DNA from: Acanthaster planci
Lineage: Eukaryota
Length of the DNA: 64,000 bases
Direction of reading: 5' to 3'
Assembly: GCF_001949145.1 (NCBI RefSeq)
Contig: NW_019091360.1
Span: 3,887,816-3,951,815 of the forward strand
Shown here in pieces: positions 38,616 to 50,700 of the stretch (its first letter is position 1; each line of letters begins with the position of its first letter). Made by a program: the position numbers and the translations under genes. The notes beneath the pieces were generated by a model. The model was not told the DNA's origin. It did no database searches and was given only the letters and a program-made list of their open reading frames with translations.

Positions 38616-41600
38616 AAACACCAGCTTGGTTCTTAGTAAAGAAGGGTCATTTGATCAGGAGGGTGGGTGAGTGGAAATAGTATATATTGGATATTTCCAT
38701 ATCCGTTACTGTCCCCTGATGGGTGGGGTTATCCCTGCCCCCCACCATTATGATAATACAAGGGCCAGTCAGTGATGCAACCATAAGCACAGGGGACTAG
38801 GTACCCTGCCCTCCTACTGATAGTCTTCTCTGATATAAAGATTGGTCAGTTCTTGCTTGCCTGGCATGTGCTGGAACATAATTAGACATGTCTCCTTGAT
38901 GCAGTTGGTTGGTGCATATCAATGATACCAATCAGACACACTTAAATGATTGTGTTAAGATTTGTCTGAGGATGAAATTACACATTCTTTCTTCACGTGC
39001 TTGTTTGCAAAGCGTAGTGTTCCATGTTATACAATTGATTTGTGTAGATACTGCCCTCTCCTGTTCAATTTCTGTTGCTTTTTTTCTAAATGTCGACAAT
39101 GGCCGTCTATCTTGTATTGCAACCAATAATGTTGATTTACTTCAAAACAGACCTTTGTCACAATTTATTCCATCTTCAGAAGTGTATTTTCAAGTTCTTA
39201 CCTGCAGGGATTATTTTGAAGCAGTAGGGGATTTCTGTACACTATATGGTCAGACCACCCTCAATGACCTTATACGGGCATACATACCTTTGTGAATGGA
39301 AGTGGATGAATATGCTCCTCCCCCAATGGTGATGATGCATAATTTTCTGCTGTGAATCACTGTCTTAGTATAGTACTTCCACAAATCTTGTGCAGTGCAC
39401 TAATTGATTTTATTTGAGCACATCTCATACGTATCCAAATATTCAAAGTGGGTACTGTTCTTTTGTCCTAATGTGGAGACAAGTTTATTCTGTGCTTGGA
39501 TCAGTGAAAGGTACTTGCATTTTAAAATTCAGAGTACAGAGAAACTTGTTCCTTTGGCCCTGGGAACTAGTACAATTGCGTGGACACTAAGATGGTGTGG
39601 GATCCCGACGACTTGGTCTTGACTTCCTACCAAAAGAAACTGTCCTCTTAATCAGTATGGCGATGGCCTGGGTAATGTATCTGTGCTTCACAGACATCAT
39701 GAATAGTGCCACCAAGGGCGTACTGAATATCAAGAATTAGGCACTGGGCCAAATATCTGGGGTGAAGGACATTCAGACATGGGGCAAAGTTCAGGTAAAG
39801 TTTAGAAATGAATGTCATGGCATGCTGATCAGAGGAGAAGACAATAATTGATCAGACTCTGTCTGCTTTCTGAATATCTTGGAGTGGGAAAGCTGTCTTG
39901 AAAACAAAGGAAAAGTGGATTTTTGTGACTTGATGTGGGCACTCATGTAGTTGATTGTAGCTATTGTCGTTGTGTGGATGAAAGGCAATGTGTAGGTTTT
40001 CCCAAAGTTGGAACTCTTGCTAAAATGGTACTCTGTAGGTAAGGAGGAAGGATAAACTGTGGCTGAGCCCACTAGCCTTGTTACCCTGAGGGACCACACA
40101 TTGGATGGCATTAGAGAAGGTCAGTGTAAGTGTGGCTGAAGTGCGACAGACAGACCACTGTGATGTGATACATAACACTCTCTTATTTGTACCTGTCCCT
40201 CCCAGCTATGCCCTGTCTCCAAAGGCCAGAATCGTCCATCTGAATTTGGGGGAGGGGTAGTTGGCCCGAGGTGTTTGCCAATCTGATTGGAGTACTTTTT
40301 GATTCAACCATACAGCAGCCAAGGGGGTTGAATTGGTAGCTGGCCTCCAAGTTCTCAACATTTATACAAATAACATTTTTTGTTGTCACCCTTACTTTTA
40401 TATCTGAAAATACAAACCTGACGAGACATTCTTAATGTTTAAATGAAAATATGAATTTGCTAGGTGTTATTTGAATTTGAAATCAAAATGGGCAATGGCA
40501 GGATTGGATCATGACATCCAAAATTACGTCTCCTGTGTACCGCATCCAACCTAAATGTACACACCAAACCAAACTTTATCTTAGAATGGGAGCAGTTTGA
40601 AAATATTGCCCACTGGGTAGGATACTTGTGTGGTTCCGAGTTTTGGACTTATGTTTTGGTGTCTGCATTAGAATCATGGTTGTTGAATCGCCTTTTGATA
40701 TTGACTAGAAAACCATAAATTTATATTTACTTGACGAAAAAGATCATTTTAAGAGTTTGTATCAGATCAGACAAACTTCATGTTCTTGAATTTAACTTCT
40801 TATTTCTTTCTTAGAGTTATTTCAAGAAGTTGAAAGCCAAATGCTAGCTTAGGCTGCTGAAGAGGACATCAAAAATCTTGATGATACATGTATATTGCAA
40901 ACAGCAGTTTTTTGGCTGGCATTAATGGATGATTAAGTTGTGTTTGGTCGTCCTGCAAAATAACTGCTGGTTGACCTTCCACAGTGACCTTCTTTCTGAT
41001 TGGTCCATTCCTTGTCTTGCCATTGACACAGAGGTCAACTCTAAAGGTCACACACTTTCATCCTTTGCAAAATAATGTTCTTGGGGTCGACTTTTATTTC
41101 TCGTTGGTCTCAAAAATTGAAAGTTTGACCCCCTATTGTATGACCTCAAAACTCATCCTTTCCTCAAAGCTGAATATCTTAAACATTCTCAGTTGACTAA
41201 TTGTTTAAATCGGCACACTCGGATGAATTTGATGCACCTAGTGATGCATGATGCATGTAGTCTTTAGTAAACTATAAGAAGCCCCACTTGGAAAAGGACT
41301 TTGCCAACTTACGTTGTAGAGCTGTGCTTAAATATGCACAAATACAAGTTACTTTTTACCAGTTCCAAGTAATTTCTTTAGTGTGAACCTTATTTATTAC
41401 TGTTTCTCACTGGGTTGCTGCATGCAAGTAGATCCCGATGAACCAAGTAATCACGGGCTTTGTAAGAATGTGTTGGAATGTCAGAGGTCATTTGTGGTGA
41501 GGTAATCATAAGCATTCAGCCGTACTTGGGTCAAAGTGAAATGCAAAAATAGGTCTGTAATTCATCGATTATCCTTTTTCCCGTATTTGTCATCCACAGC

Positions 41601-42443
41601 GGTGATTATGTTTATCTCTTCAATAGGTCTGTAATTGTTGACAATTTTAACTAATCGCTTGTCACTAATAGTCACGTGGACGTTCAGTGATGTAAATAAT
41701 GATTGTGTTCTGTCATCATTTCCAGCTTATTTTTCCAACTGAATGAAATTAAACAGTGGCAAAATTGACGCCAGATCTTTTCTTTTCTATTCTGTGTAAA
41801 GGGAAAGGACTTTATGTAACCAGCACTGGTCAGTAACAGCTGGGGATGACATTGATATATGCCATGTCTACATGCCACCTATAAACTTTGAATGTTGATG
41901 TCATTGGCCTGCTACATTTAGCCTGAACACTGTCCACCCTAAATATTTGAAGCATGTCAGACAGCTGTGTAGCATGTAAAGTGGACTACACTCTGTCAAT
42001 TGGAACAATGAATTGCAGTAAATCAGCCATGTAATTAATTGTTTAATCAGTTCTAAAAAATAGATAAACTGCAAACTCTTTTTCAAATATCAGGGTTGTA
42101 GCCAACTTATGTGTGGATTTTATATTATTATGAACCCTAGCTGGGATGCTTATATGATATTGGCACTTTATAATTGTTGCATTTGATGCCCACAAATTGG
42201 TGTGAATAACTCCTTTAGTAGCAATGGTATAGAATCGGGAGGAGGTTGCAACTATTTCCCACCTTTTGACCAGGGATTGGACCACTGGATCACCCCCTAT
42301 TTTTCCGTATTTATATCACGAAAGGAAAGAAACAAACAAAAGGAAAAGTAACAGTAATGAAAAAGCAAGAAGCCAATACACAAATGGCATTTCATTTAAA
42401 ATTGCTTGTGAAAGTTTGTTTTAAAAGGGATGAATGTTGGTTT

Positions 42444-42485
42444 TTTATTTTATTTTATTTTATTTTATTTTATTTTATTTTATTA
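42444..42485. repeat. (TTTTA)n microsatellite
   Basis: About 8 tandem copies. Confidence 0.9.
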
Positions 42486-43234
42486 GTCTACAAGACAAAA
42501 AGGACCAACAGCAGCAGCCCAGCAAAGGTCTTCATAAAAGAAATTCACACATTTAAATACAATTACATAAGACACAGTAAAGATAAAAGGCTTTTAAAAA
42601 TTGTAGATAAGTAAAATTGCTGGGTAGATATAGAAGACCTGGAAGGGTTGAACTAGATTTAAAAAAAAAGAAACCATAGGCCTAATAACAATAAATGGTA
42701 ACTAAAATAGTAACAAATTTGTTTCTGTATACGTAAACAATTAATACACAACATGTTGTGAAAATAAAACAGTTTATGCTTAAGTTGTTTTTGGGGGGGT
42801 TATCCTAGCTTCAAGTCATTTGTTCTAAATCTTTATGGTGAAAAAAATGTAAAACCTTATTAGTGGAATAATCGTTGTTTTTAGCCTTTGTTCATGGATA
42901 CGTGCTTGCATCATGCAAGGCCTTTAACAAACTAATGCAAAAAGAGCTTAATGCATCTCTTTTGACTACAAATGTCCTCCAGTGACCCTGTTGTTGCCAT
43001 GTTCATTGACACCAAAAGCTGCAGACAGACTGGCAATTTCTTGTCAAAACATCGCATTAAAATGGAACCCTAGTCTGTATTTCATGGTTGTTTTTTTCTA
43101 AATCATTGTCAACAGTAAGTTGCTCTTTCTACCCATGTGAAAATAGTGGTGAGCTACCCCCGGAAGCCGCTGTAATCTATTTAGCATACTTCTGTCTTGC
43201 TTGTCTGTGATTCGCTTAGAGTTGAACTCCTTGA

Positions 43235-43244
43235 CCATATTTGG
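43235..43244. promoter_or_regulatory. Consensus CArG box (candidate SRF site) upstream of the kinase unit
   Basis: CCATATTTGG matches CC(A/T)6GG. Function is inferred only. Confidence 0.4.
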
Positions 43245-46200
43245 TTGTGAATGCCATTCATGCCAGAAGGATGGAATCTGCTATGTAAATGGGAGGGGTT
43301 CACGTTCTAGAAGAGTTTAGACTTTGATGAATTTTTTATTATCCACCCAGACGTTTTGAGGGTTATGTTTTCTCCTTTCAATTTTTTTTGTGGAAAGAAA
43401 AAAAAATCAAGCCATTACAGGTCTTAACATGGTTTGTCTTTCACTTGCATATTCTAATTACCAATTTCTTGCTTATGCAAGTTTTTATTGGAGAAGTATA
43501 CTAAACTGATGCGATTTTATTTATTTATTTAGTACAAACCTCCCACCTCCTGCCTTTTTTTTTCAGAAATATACCCACCAAATTATCCATAATGTCTTCC
43601 AGGCTTATTCTGTAAAGTTTGGATGCAAGTTTTCCTGTAAATGTAAAGATATCCAGACTTCATTTACAGCGTGTATTTTCAGGTATCATTTCCTGTATTT
43701 TGTAGCAGAGATGGTGTGTTAGTGGGCATGTTTGTTTGTTTGTAGGTTTTTATCATCGCCACAGGGCCTTTTCCTTGCCCCCCCCCCAAAAAAACCTGCC
43801 ATTATTGACAAAGTGCGTTCTCTATGCCTCAAGCCTCCCCATGCTGTTTCCATCTGTGAGCTGCTCACAAGGAGCGGAAATTACCCAGCATCCTTTGCTG
43901 CCCAGGTTTGGCCAGGGACACTTCTTACGTGTACGCACAGCTGCAGATAGGGGGATGCTAGCTGACCTGTAGCTGAGGCTTGCAAGCAGAATTTCTGTCA
44001 TACTTTTATCACGGTGTGGAAGGAAACCATACTGAAGGCTGGCAACATTCTGCTGAGTTTGTGGTGAGTTTCTCCTCTTAAAATCTGCCCAGTTCATTTG
44101 CTGTTGTTGGATGAGAATTGTTTAACCCTTTGGTCTTGTGAAAAATCTTTGTGTTGAGTTGTACCCCTTGGAGGACATTTTGGTGAAGTAGCTGGTAAGT
44201 GCAGTGTATTGGAAGTGGATAGACCTTTCGTGCACTGCTGAATGGAATTTGAAATATGTTACATGATGCTTGGCTATGTGCTGCCTCCATTTTGTATTTG
44301 TAATTGGACAGACAATAACATGTCCATATCTTCCCAAAAGACGATTGTGTAACTCTTCTTTTAGAGTTATTACCCAAATTGGAGGAAGACTATTTGTCAA
44401 GTTGTGGTTTCAGCTGTCCAGGGTTGTTGCTAATTTGCCTAAATTATTTCAAATTTGATAGATTGTGTGTTCCGTATGATTTATGTGTTATCAAAGGTTA
44501 TTTGGGGATCATTGCTAATCATTGCTTTTGCAGAGGAGGGATACACAAATATTATACCAAAGGCCAAAAAACTATAATCCCATCAATTATCACCTTTTCT
44601 TACCTTGGAATCGTATTAAAGGATTTGTTGTTTTAATCTATTTATAACTTAATGTTTATTCATTTCTTAAGTACTCAGTAACATTGAACTTACTGCACAT
44701 TTTATTTCATTGTTCTCTCTTTTTTCAATAGAATTTGTGTGTGTGTGAATAATTTGTTTAATTAACGTGTCTGTGTTGGTTACTTACGTATTATATTTTC
44801 TATTTGACCTATTCTGTAGCCAAGAACTCTTGCTTAATTATCCTGGAACTATTTTCTCTTTGCCTTTCCTCGGCTACTGTTTAGAAAGCACCAGTTGTTG
44901 ACATAGTGTTTTTGTTAATGCAGGTCCTTGTTTTTGGTTGAGATAACACCGACTGCTTTTCCATCGGAGATAGATTTCTTGAAAATGAAACCTATTCATG
45001 CAAACCCATTCTCAATTCTGTCTGCGTTCTTGTGTCCTACACAACGACAAAATATTTTTGCATGAGTTTCATTTTGTTTTACAAATTTTCTTATTGGGTG
45101 ATTGCAACTGTTGGTATTTTTTGATCAGTGCACATCCATATTTTTATTTCACAGACTTGTAATGGGGTATCTTCTACAGCTCTCAATTTCAACTGCCTTT
45201 TTATAAAGTTTCAGATTTCACATTCATCCTGTATTTTTGAGCTGGAAGCTAAATTCTCAAAGTAGTCCTTGCACAACCACATGAGAGTAAACCCAAATTT
45301 TGAAACTTGCTTATGAATGGGATTCATTCTCTGCATTACTGCAATTTGGTTTTGCTTTTTCAGACAGAGTTCACTAAAAACATTAAAATGTATTCGCTGA
45401 TACTTTTTCAAAGAATGTATTATACTTTTATCATAATTTGACAGCCTACCACTGTTTATATATTTTTCAACGATATCTGTTCTTGTGGAAATATAAACTT
45501 TTTAAAACCTAAGACAATAAAACAGCTGTTTTTGACTTTTTTCTGACCGGAGTAACCTGAAAAAAAGGAAGCTGGAAAGCTGTAGTGCTTTATATTTGAT
45601 TCTAGCATCAGATCTCTCTAAATTTTACAAAGTTATCCCAAAAATAAGTGCACTGGTTTTCTTTAATTTACTAAATAATTAGTGTTCTATTTCACTCAGT
45701 TCTTATGTCTGGGTCCCCCTGCTGATGCTGGCTATGCAGAGCATGCCATCACTGTAATTCTAACTGGCAAACCTATCAACATATTTTCCCAACCTTTCTA
45801 ATGTTTAGTCTTGTTTTGCTGTGAGTTGACTCTCGCAGAAGAATTAGTAATAAGTAATGCAGAATATGGAAGAAAATAAGTATATAAATACATTGTCTTC
45901 TGGAAGTTTATTTTACCCAGTGTCCTATTCACAGTTTCACAATATTTTTAACCTTAAATTTCTTGCCACTTGCTCTGTCAAGTTTTCACTTTAAAGTTTT
46001 GTGGAAAATGGAGAATTAGCGCCAATGTTGTTTCCTAAGCTTCATTTCCAGTAGGCATTAAGTGGAAAAGTTGGTTCAGTGCAACTCAGTCTCGGTTTTA
46101 CTAAACTGGCAGAGCTAGAGATCCCATTTGAAAGCAAATTGTTCGGAAGTTTGACTGCATATATGTAGAAAATCACTTTATATGATCAGAATTATTGACA

Positions 46201-47711
46201 TTTGAAACATTAGGCATACTTAGAGTGTTAAACTTAGTTTTGAAAGGATGAATTGAATTTGGTTTTCACATCTGCAGGGCCAGCTGTGCCCTATAGCTTT
46301 GGCCTTTCCCTACTTGACATTTAGGAGCAAACAAAACATCCAGATCACAGTGATTACCCCCCTGGTTTTTCCGAGGAAGAGAGCGCTAGGGAGATTTAAA
46401 AGTGACACCAACATTACTAGGGCCCCAGCATCTACGTCAGATCAGAAATACCATCGCAGGTGATGACGTAGATTGTAATATATACTCAAGGACTTGCTCT
46501 CTATGGGAGCACACAGCACTGTTGCTGCATCCCATATGAGATGGCAGCCCCTTAAGAATCTTTCTTCTGCATCTTGTTTGCAATGGGACGTACCACTTAC
46601 TCTTCTGGGGGTTTAGCTAGCAAGGGGGATACCTTACTAATAGTTTCTAACACTCTAAAGCACTTTTGATTTTCCAAAGATAAAAATAACATTCAAATCA
46701 TGGCTTTGAAATCTTTAGCTATGTTTATTTTGGTAGTTTTAAGGCTAGGCTGTACTTTCTTGAGACGTGCCGGCATTCCTTTTCAAGAACCAGTGTTAAC
46801 ACCCCCTTTGGGAAAATAGGTTCAGCCCCCTCTGATAAGAAGTGTCTTTATCTTTCTGATGGAGATGCTGGATTGGACCAATATCTTAGGCAACTTGCCA
46901 TCTTTCTGGCAGTGTCATTAAAAAGTAAATATCAGAAAAAGCTTGTCTTATCTGCCAGGAAGACCGGTAATGATAGGAGCAGATAGCATTGTCTTCTGGC
47001 TTGCAGTCCAGGCAAACTTTGTGGAATCAGAAAGTACATTGATGTATGCTCGATAAATAGTTGAGGCCGATCGTGGAGGGAAATAGCGTGGTAAGAATTG
47101 AGGTGTTGTGGGAAGAGGAATTAACTTCCATACAAATTTAGAGATCACTTTTTTTCTTTATTGTGGATGGAAACTGGTGTTGTGTCTATGTGTAATTGAC
47201 ACATAATGTTGTAGGATTTACAGCGAAGGAACTGCGGCGATCTGTTTAATGCGTGGAGGAAATAAGAACACAGGACTGTGATGATCTGGTGGAATATCAT
47301 GACGAGATAGTGACATCAGGATGTATGCTCATTGAAGGCCTGTGTCATGTGTTTACAGGGAACATTGCTGGAAACATTGTTCTCCAGGGTGCCTTTGTTG
47401 TATGCTGTTGATCTTTTGTAGGTCATCCATAATTGTAGTCAGATAGGTTGCTTATGAAAAAAATTAGTAACAAAATTGAAGGTGAGTTTTCCATATCAGA
47501 TGCCAGCTGGATTACAAGGTATTACATTTGGTATCAAAACCAGTTAGGGACACCACTAGGAAGTATATAAAAATTGTTTTATGCCAGTATTTGTGAATTT
47601 ACTTTTTATATATATAATTGTGTAATTGTTTGCATTTCTAAACATGAAAAAGGAAACGTTTTCTTAAAGCGATGCAGTTTTCTCAATCTTTTTCTCTCTT
47701 TTCTGTCGCAG

Positions 47712-47736
47712 TGACAAGTAGACACCATGCCTGCAG
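47712..47736 (+). CDS. 25-nt micro-exon carrying the start codon (ATG 47727, M-P-A, phase 1)
   Basis: Strong polypyrimidine acceptor ...ctgtcgcag, Kozak gacaccATG, donor GCAG|gtaagc. Confidence 0.75.
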
Positions 47737-50700
47737 GTAAGCCATCCAATCAGGATAGATCAATCGTTAACATGTGACAGGTCTAATCTTAATATAGAAT
47801 GCACTTGGCCAAGCAACTGTTGAAATGTATATTTATAGTCGAGGTATGCTCTATATATACCTGGCATTAATATCTTGTGTCTATATCTGTCGACACTGAT
47901 ACTGTGACATCCGGTCTGGTTGGATTGTTATCATGGAATTTTCAAATGAGAAAAGAAAAAAAACTAAGGAATCAAACTATTACTGCCAACACTTATGTAT
48001 ACCATTACTGAGAGGTTTCTTAGTAGGTTTTGTAAATCTTGTTCTCATGGTTTTGCTGTATATGACAAATATATCTACTGTTGACAAGTTTGTTTTTGCA
48101 TTGTACTCTGAAAGTTAGGCCTCTCTTTTTAGAAATAAGTGTGACCTGCTAATAACTTTTTCAAGAGTTGTTCTCAGTAATCATCAGTAATGAATAATGC
48201 ATTTACAAACATTGGTATCAGAAGGTTTACTGTAAATTGATTTCAAAAGAAAATGAAAGAAAGTAAGATGGCATTCCCCACTATTAGAGCAGTCTTTGCT
48301 GAGTGTAAAGTTGAACAAATACTGTTGGATTTTGAGAAATCAGGTTGTTGGCTTGTATACCTGTGCAGCGGCACAGTCTGACAATGTGTATCATCCCAAT
48401 TACAACTAAAAAGGAAAGTCATAAGAAAAGATTCTTGCTCAGTTACATCTCGTCTATGCTATCATTTTGTGTTCCTAATCTCAGAGGCTCCCGAACCCCC
48501 TGCCAACAAGCCGTACGCGGCGAAGGTCTTCAAAGACATGATCAACTTGGTCTGGCCTGGTACCACCTACGATGGGGGTAGCATCGTGACAGGGTACGTG
48601 GTGGAGATGTGTGAGGATGGTAAGAACAACTGGAAAGTGCTCACCAAAGACGTCTTCAGCACTAGCTATGCCATCAAGGGGCTCAAGGAGAAGTGTACCT
48701 ACAAATTCCGCGTCAGCTGTGTCAATGCTGTGGGTACCAGCAAGCCCAGTATCATTTCAGAACCTATCATGACTTCAGATGCAGGTAGAGATTGGACGCG
48801 ATCTTCTTTTTTTTAAATAATGTTCACTCAAGGTGGGCTTTTACACTTTGACTTGAAAGCGAAACTGAAATTTGTGATTGCTTTAAATATTGGCAAATTT
48901 GCAAAAGGGTCAGAGACCTGTTGACTTCTGCAGACTTTGCTGTGAATGGCTCGTGGTATAACGTTTGTATTCATAGTCTCTTTCCTCTTGAGCAGGATAT
49001 AGCATTGAATAAAACAGTGGTGTTGTAGTGGGAATGTTCATGGACACACAGGCATTACAGGATGGTATATATAAGCACATTCTTTCTTTGTTAATTTTGA
49101 GCGGAGAGTGCATATGTAATAAGAGGGGTTGGTCAAGACAAAGAATTTCTCATGGAAGTGAAACGGTCAATGTCAGAATGAAACAAAACTTTAATTCAGC
49201 ATCCTGTGATGAATCAAAGAATATTTAAGAGCTTCAAGTACAAAACTTGCTTGCTTTCCTGTCCAAGTGTCAGAAGGCACATTAAATGCCATTTTGTGAA
49301 TGAAATGCCAAGTTGAACTTCTGAGGCACTTCTGTCAAAGCTGTTTTTGTTTGTTCTTCTTAAAGGTGTTGAAGATGATATTGATGAAGAAGATGAACCA
49401 GGTTTGTAGAGTTGTGTTTCTCGTCCTTCATTTGTCTCCTTCTTTGTGTGTAATTTGTCCTCTGTCTCAAACCTAAAAAAGTGTCTTCATTTTTTGATTT
49501 CTCATTGTTTTAATCTTTTCATAAAGCCATTTGTTTTGTGTAATTATTGAAACAAGATCTGTTGAAAATCACCTTTAGTCACAAACTAAGCTTAGATGCA
49601 AATGATTCTCGACCAATTTTTTTTTCTTGGGGAGACCCACTTTTACGAAATTGAAACACAGATTTCTCAGTGCCTAAATTGCTAATAAACAATTTTTTTA
49701 AACCTGGGAAGGTTTTGGGTATCTGTAAGCAAGGAAGCAATCGGTGTAATGGTGTCTTGTATTTTTACAATCTTCAGATGAGGCAGCTTTTGAACAAAGA
49801 AAAGTCAAAGTCAGGAAAGAAAACGTCCGAGACTTCTATGAGATAAGAGAAGAACTTGGAAAGTAAGTTTAAAAAACGAAGCTCTTTGACTGAAATGTGC
49901 TTGCAAACTTACTCCTCCTAGCCTTGCCGTTGGTATGATGTGTTGCTGAGTGTCAGTGTTTGAATGGGGGAATATTCCAAAGGGTTTGACATTAGTTTGA
50001 TGGCTGTCCTGTCGTTTTGAACAATTCTTGTTTCTTTGATCTTCTCAGGGGCAAGTTTGGAACAGTAAACAAATGTGTGGAGAAGAAGACCAAGAAGATC
50101 CTTGCAGCCAAATTCATCAAGGCAGAAAAACCTGCAGATAAAAAAGAGGTCAGCTGAAGTTTCATCTTCCCAAGTTTGCTGTTTGATGCTCCAGTCTTAA
50201 AATTACCTTTTGTAAATTTGGTTTGGTATTGTGTGATAGGCTGCGGCATTTGGGATGTGTCCTCAGGGACACAAATAAACTACTTTAACAAACTGAGAGC
50301 AAAGTTATGGTTATTGTAGTTTTAGGTTTTTGGTTTTAGTAGGAAATGAAAATTGCATACAAGGGAAGAATGCCGTTAAAAATGCTATTGGAAAATCTGT
50401 AAAAGGCAAAAATATGAATTGTGATTGTTGCTAAGTGTTTTTAGGTTATTTGATTTATTTAATTTTGAATTTGATCTGGTCTGATTTGATATGCAATCCA
50501 ACAGGTCGAACATGAAATTGAAATTATGATGATTCTCCAGCATCCCAAGCTACTTCAGTTGTACGACGCTTTTGCCACAGGAAACAACATGGTTATGATT
50601 CTAGAATAGTAAGTCAGGAGTTTTCTTCTCCCAAACTTGTGGATGACAGGAGTTATGCGGGGGAAACGTAGGATAGGCAAGGGTTCGGAGTAGGGTGCAA

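Noticed and set aside
38215..38636. Two hydrophobic, membrane-protein-like ORFs
   Set aside because: Produced by the GT-rich low-complexity tract.
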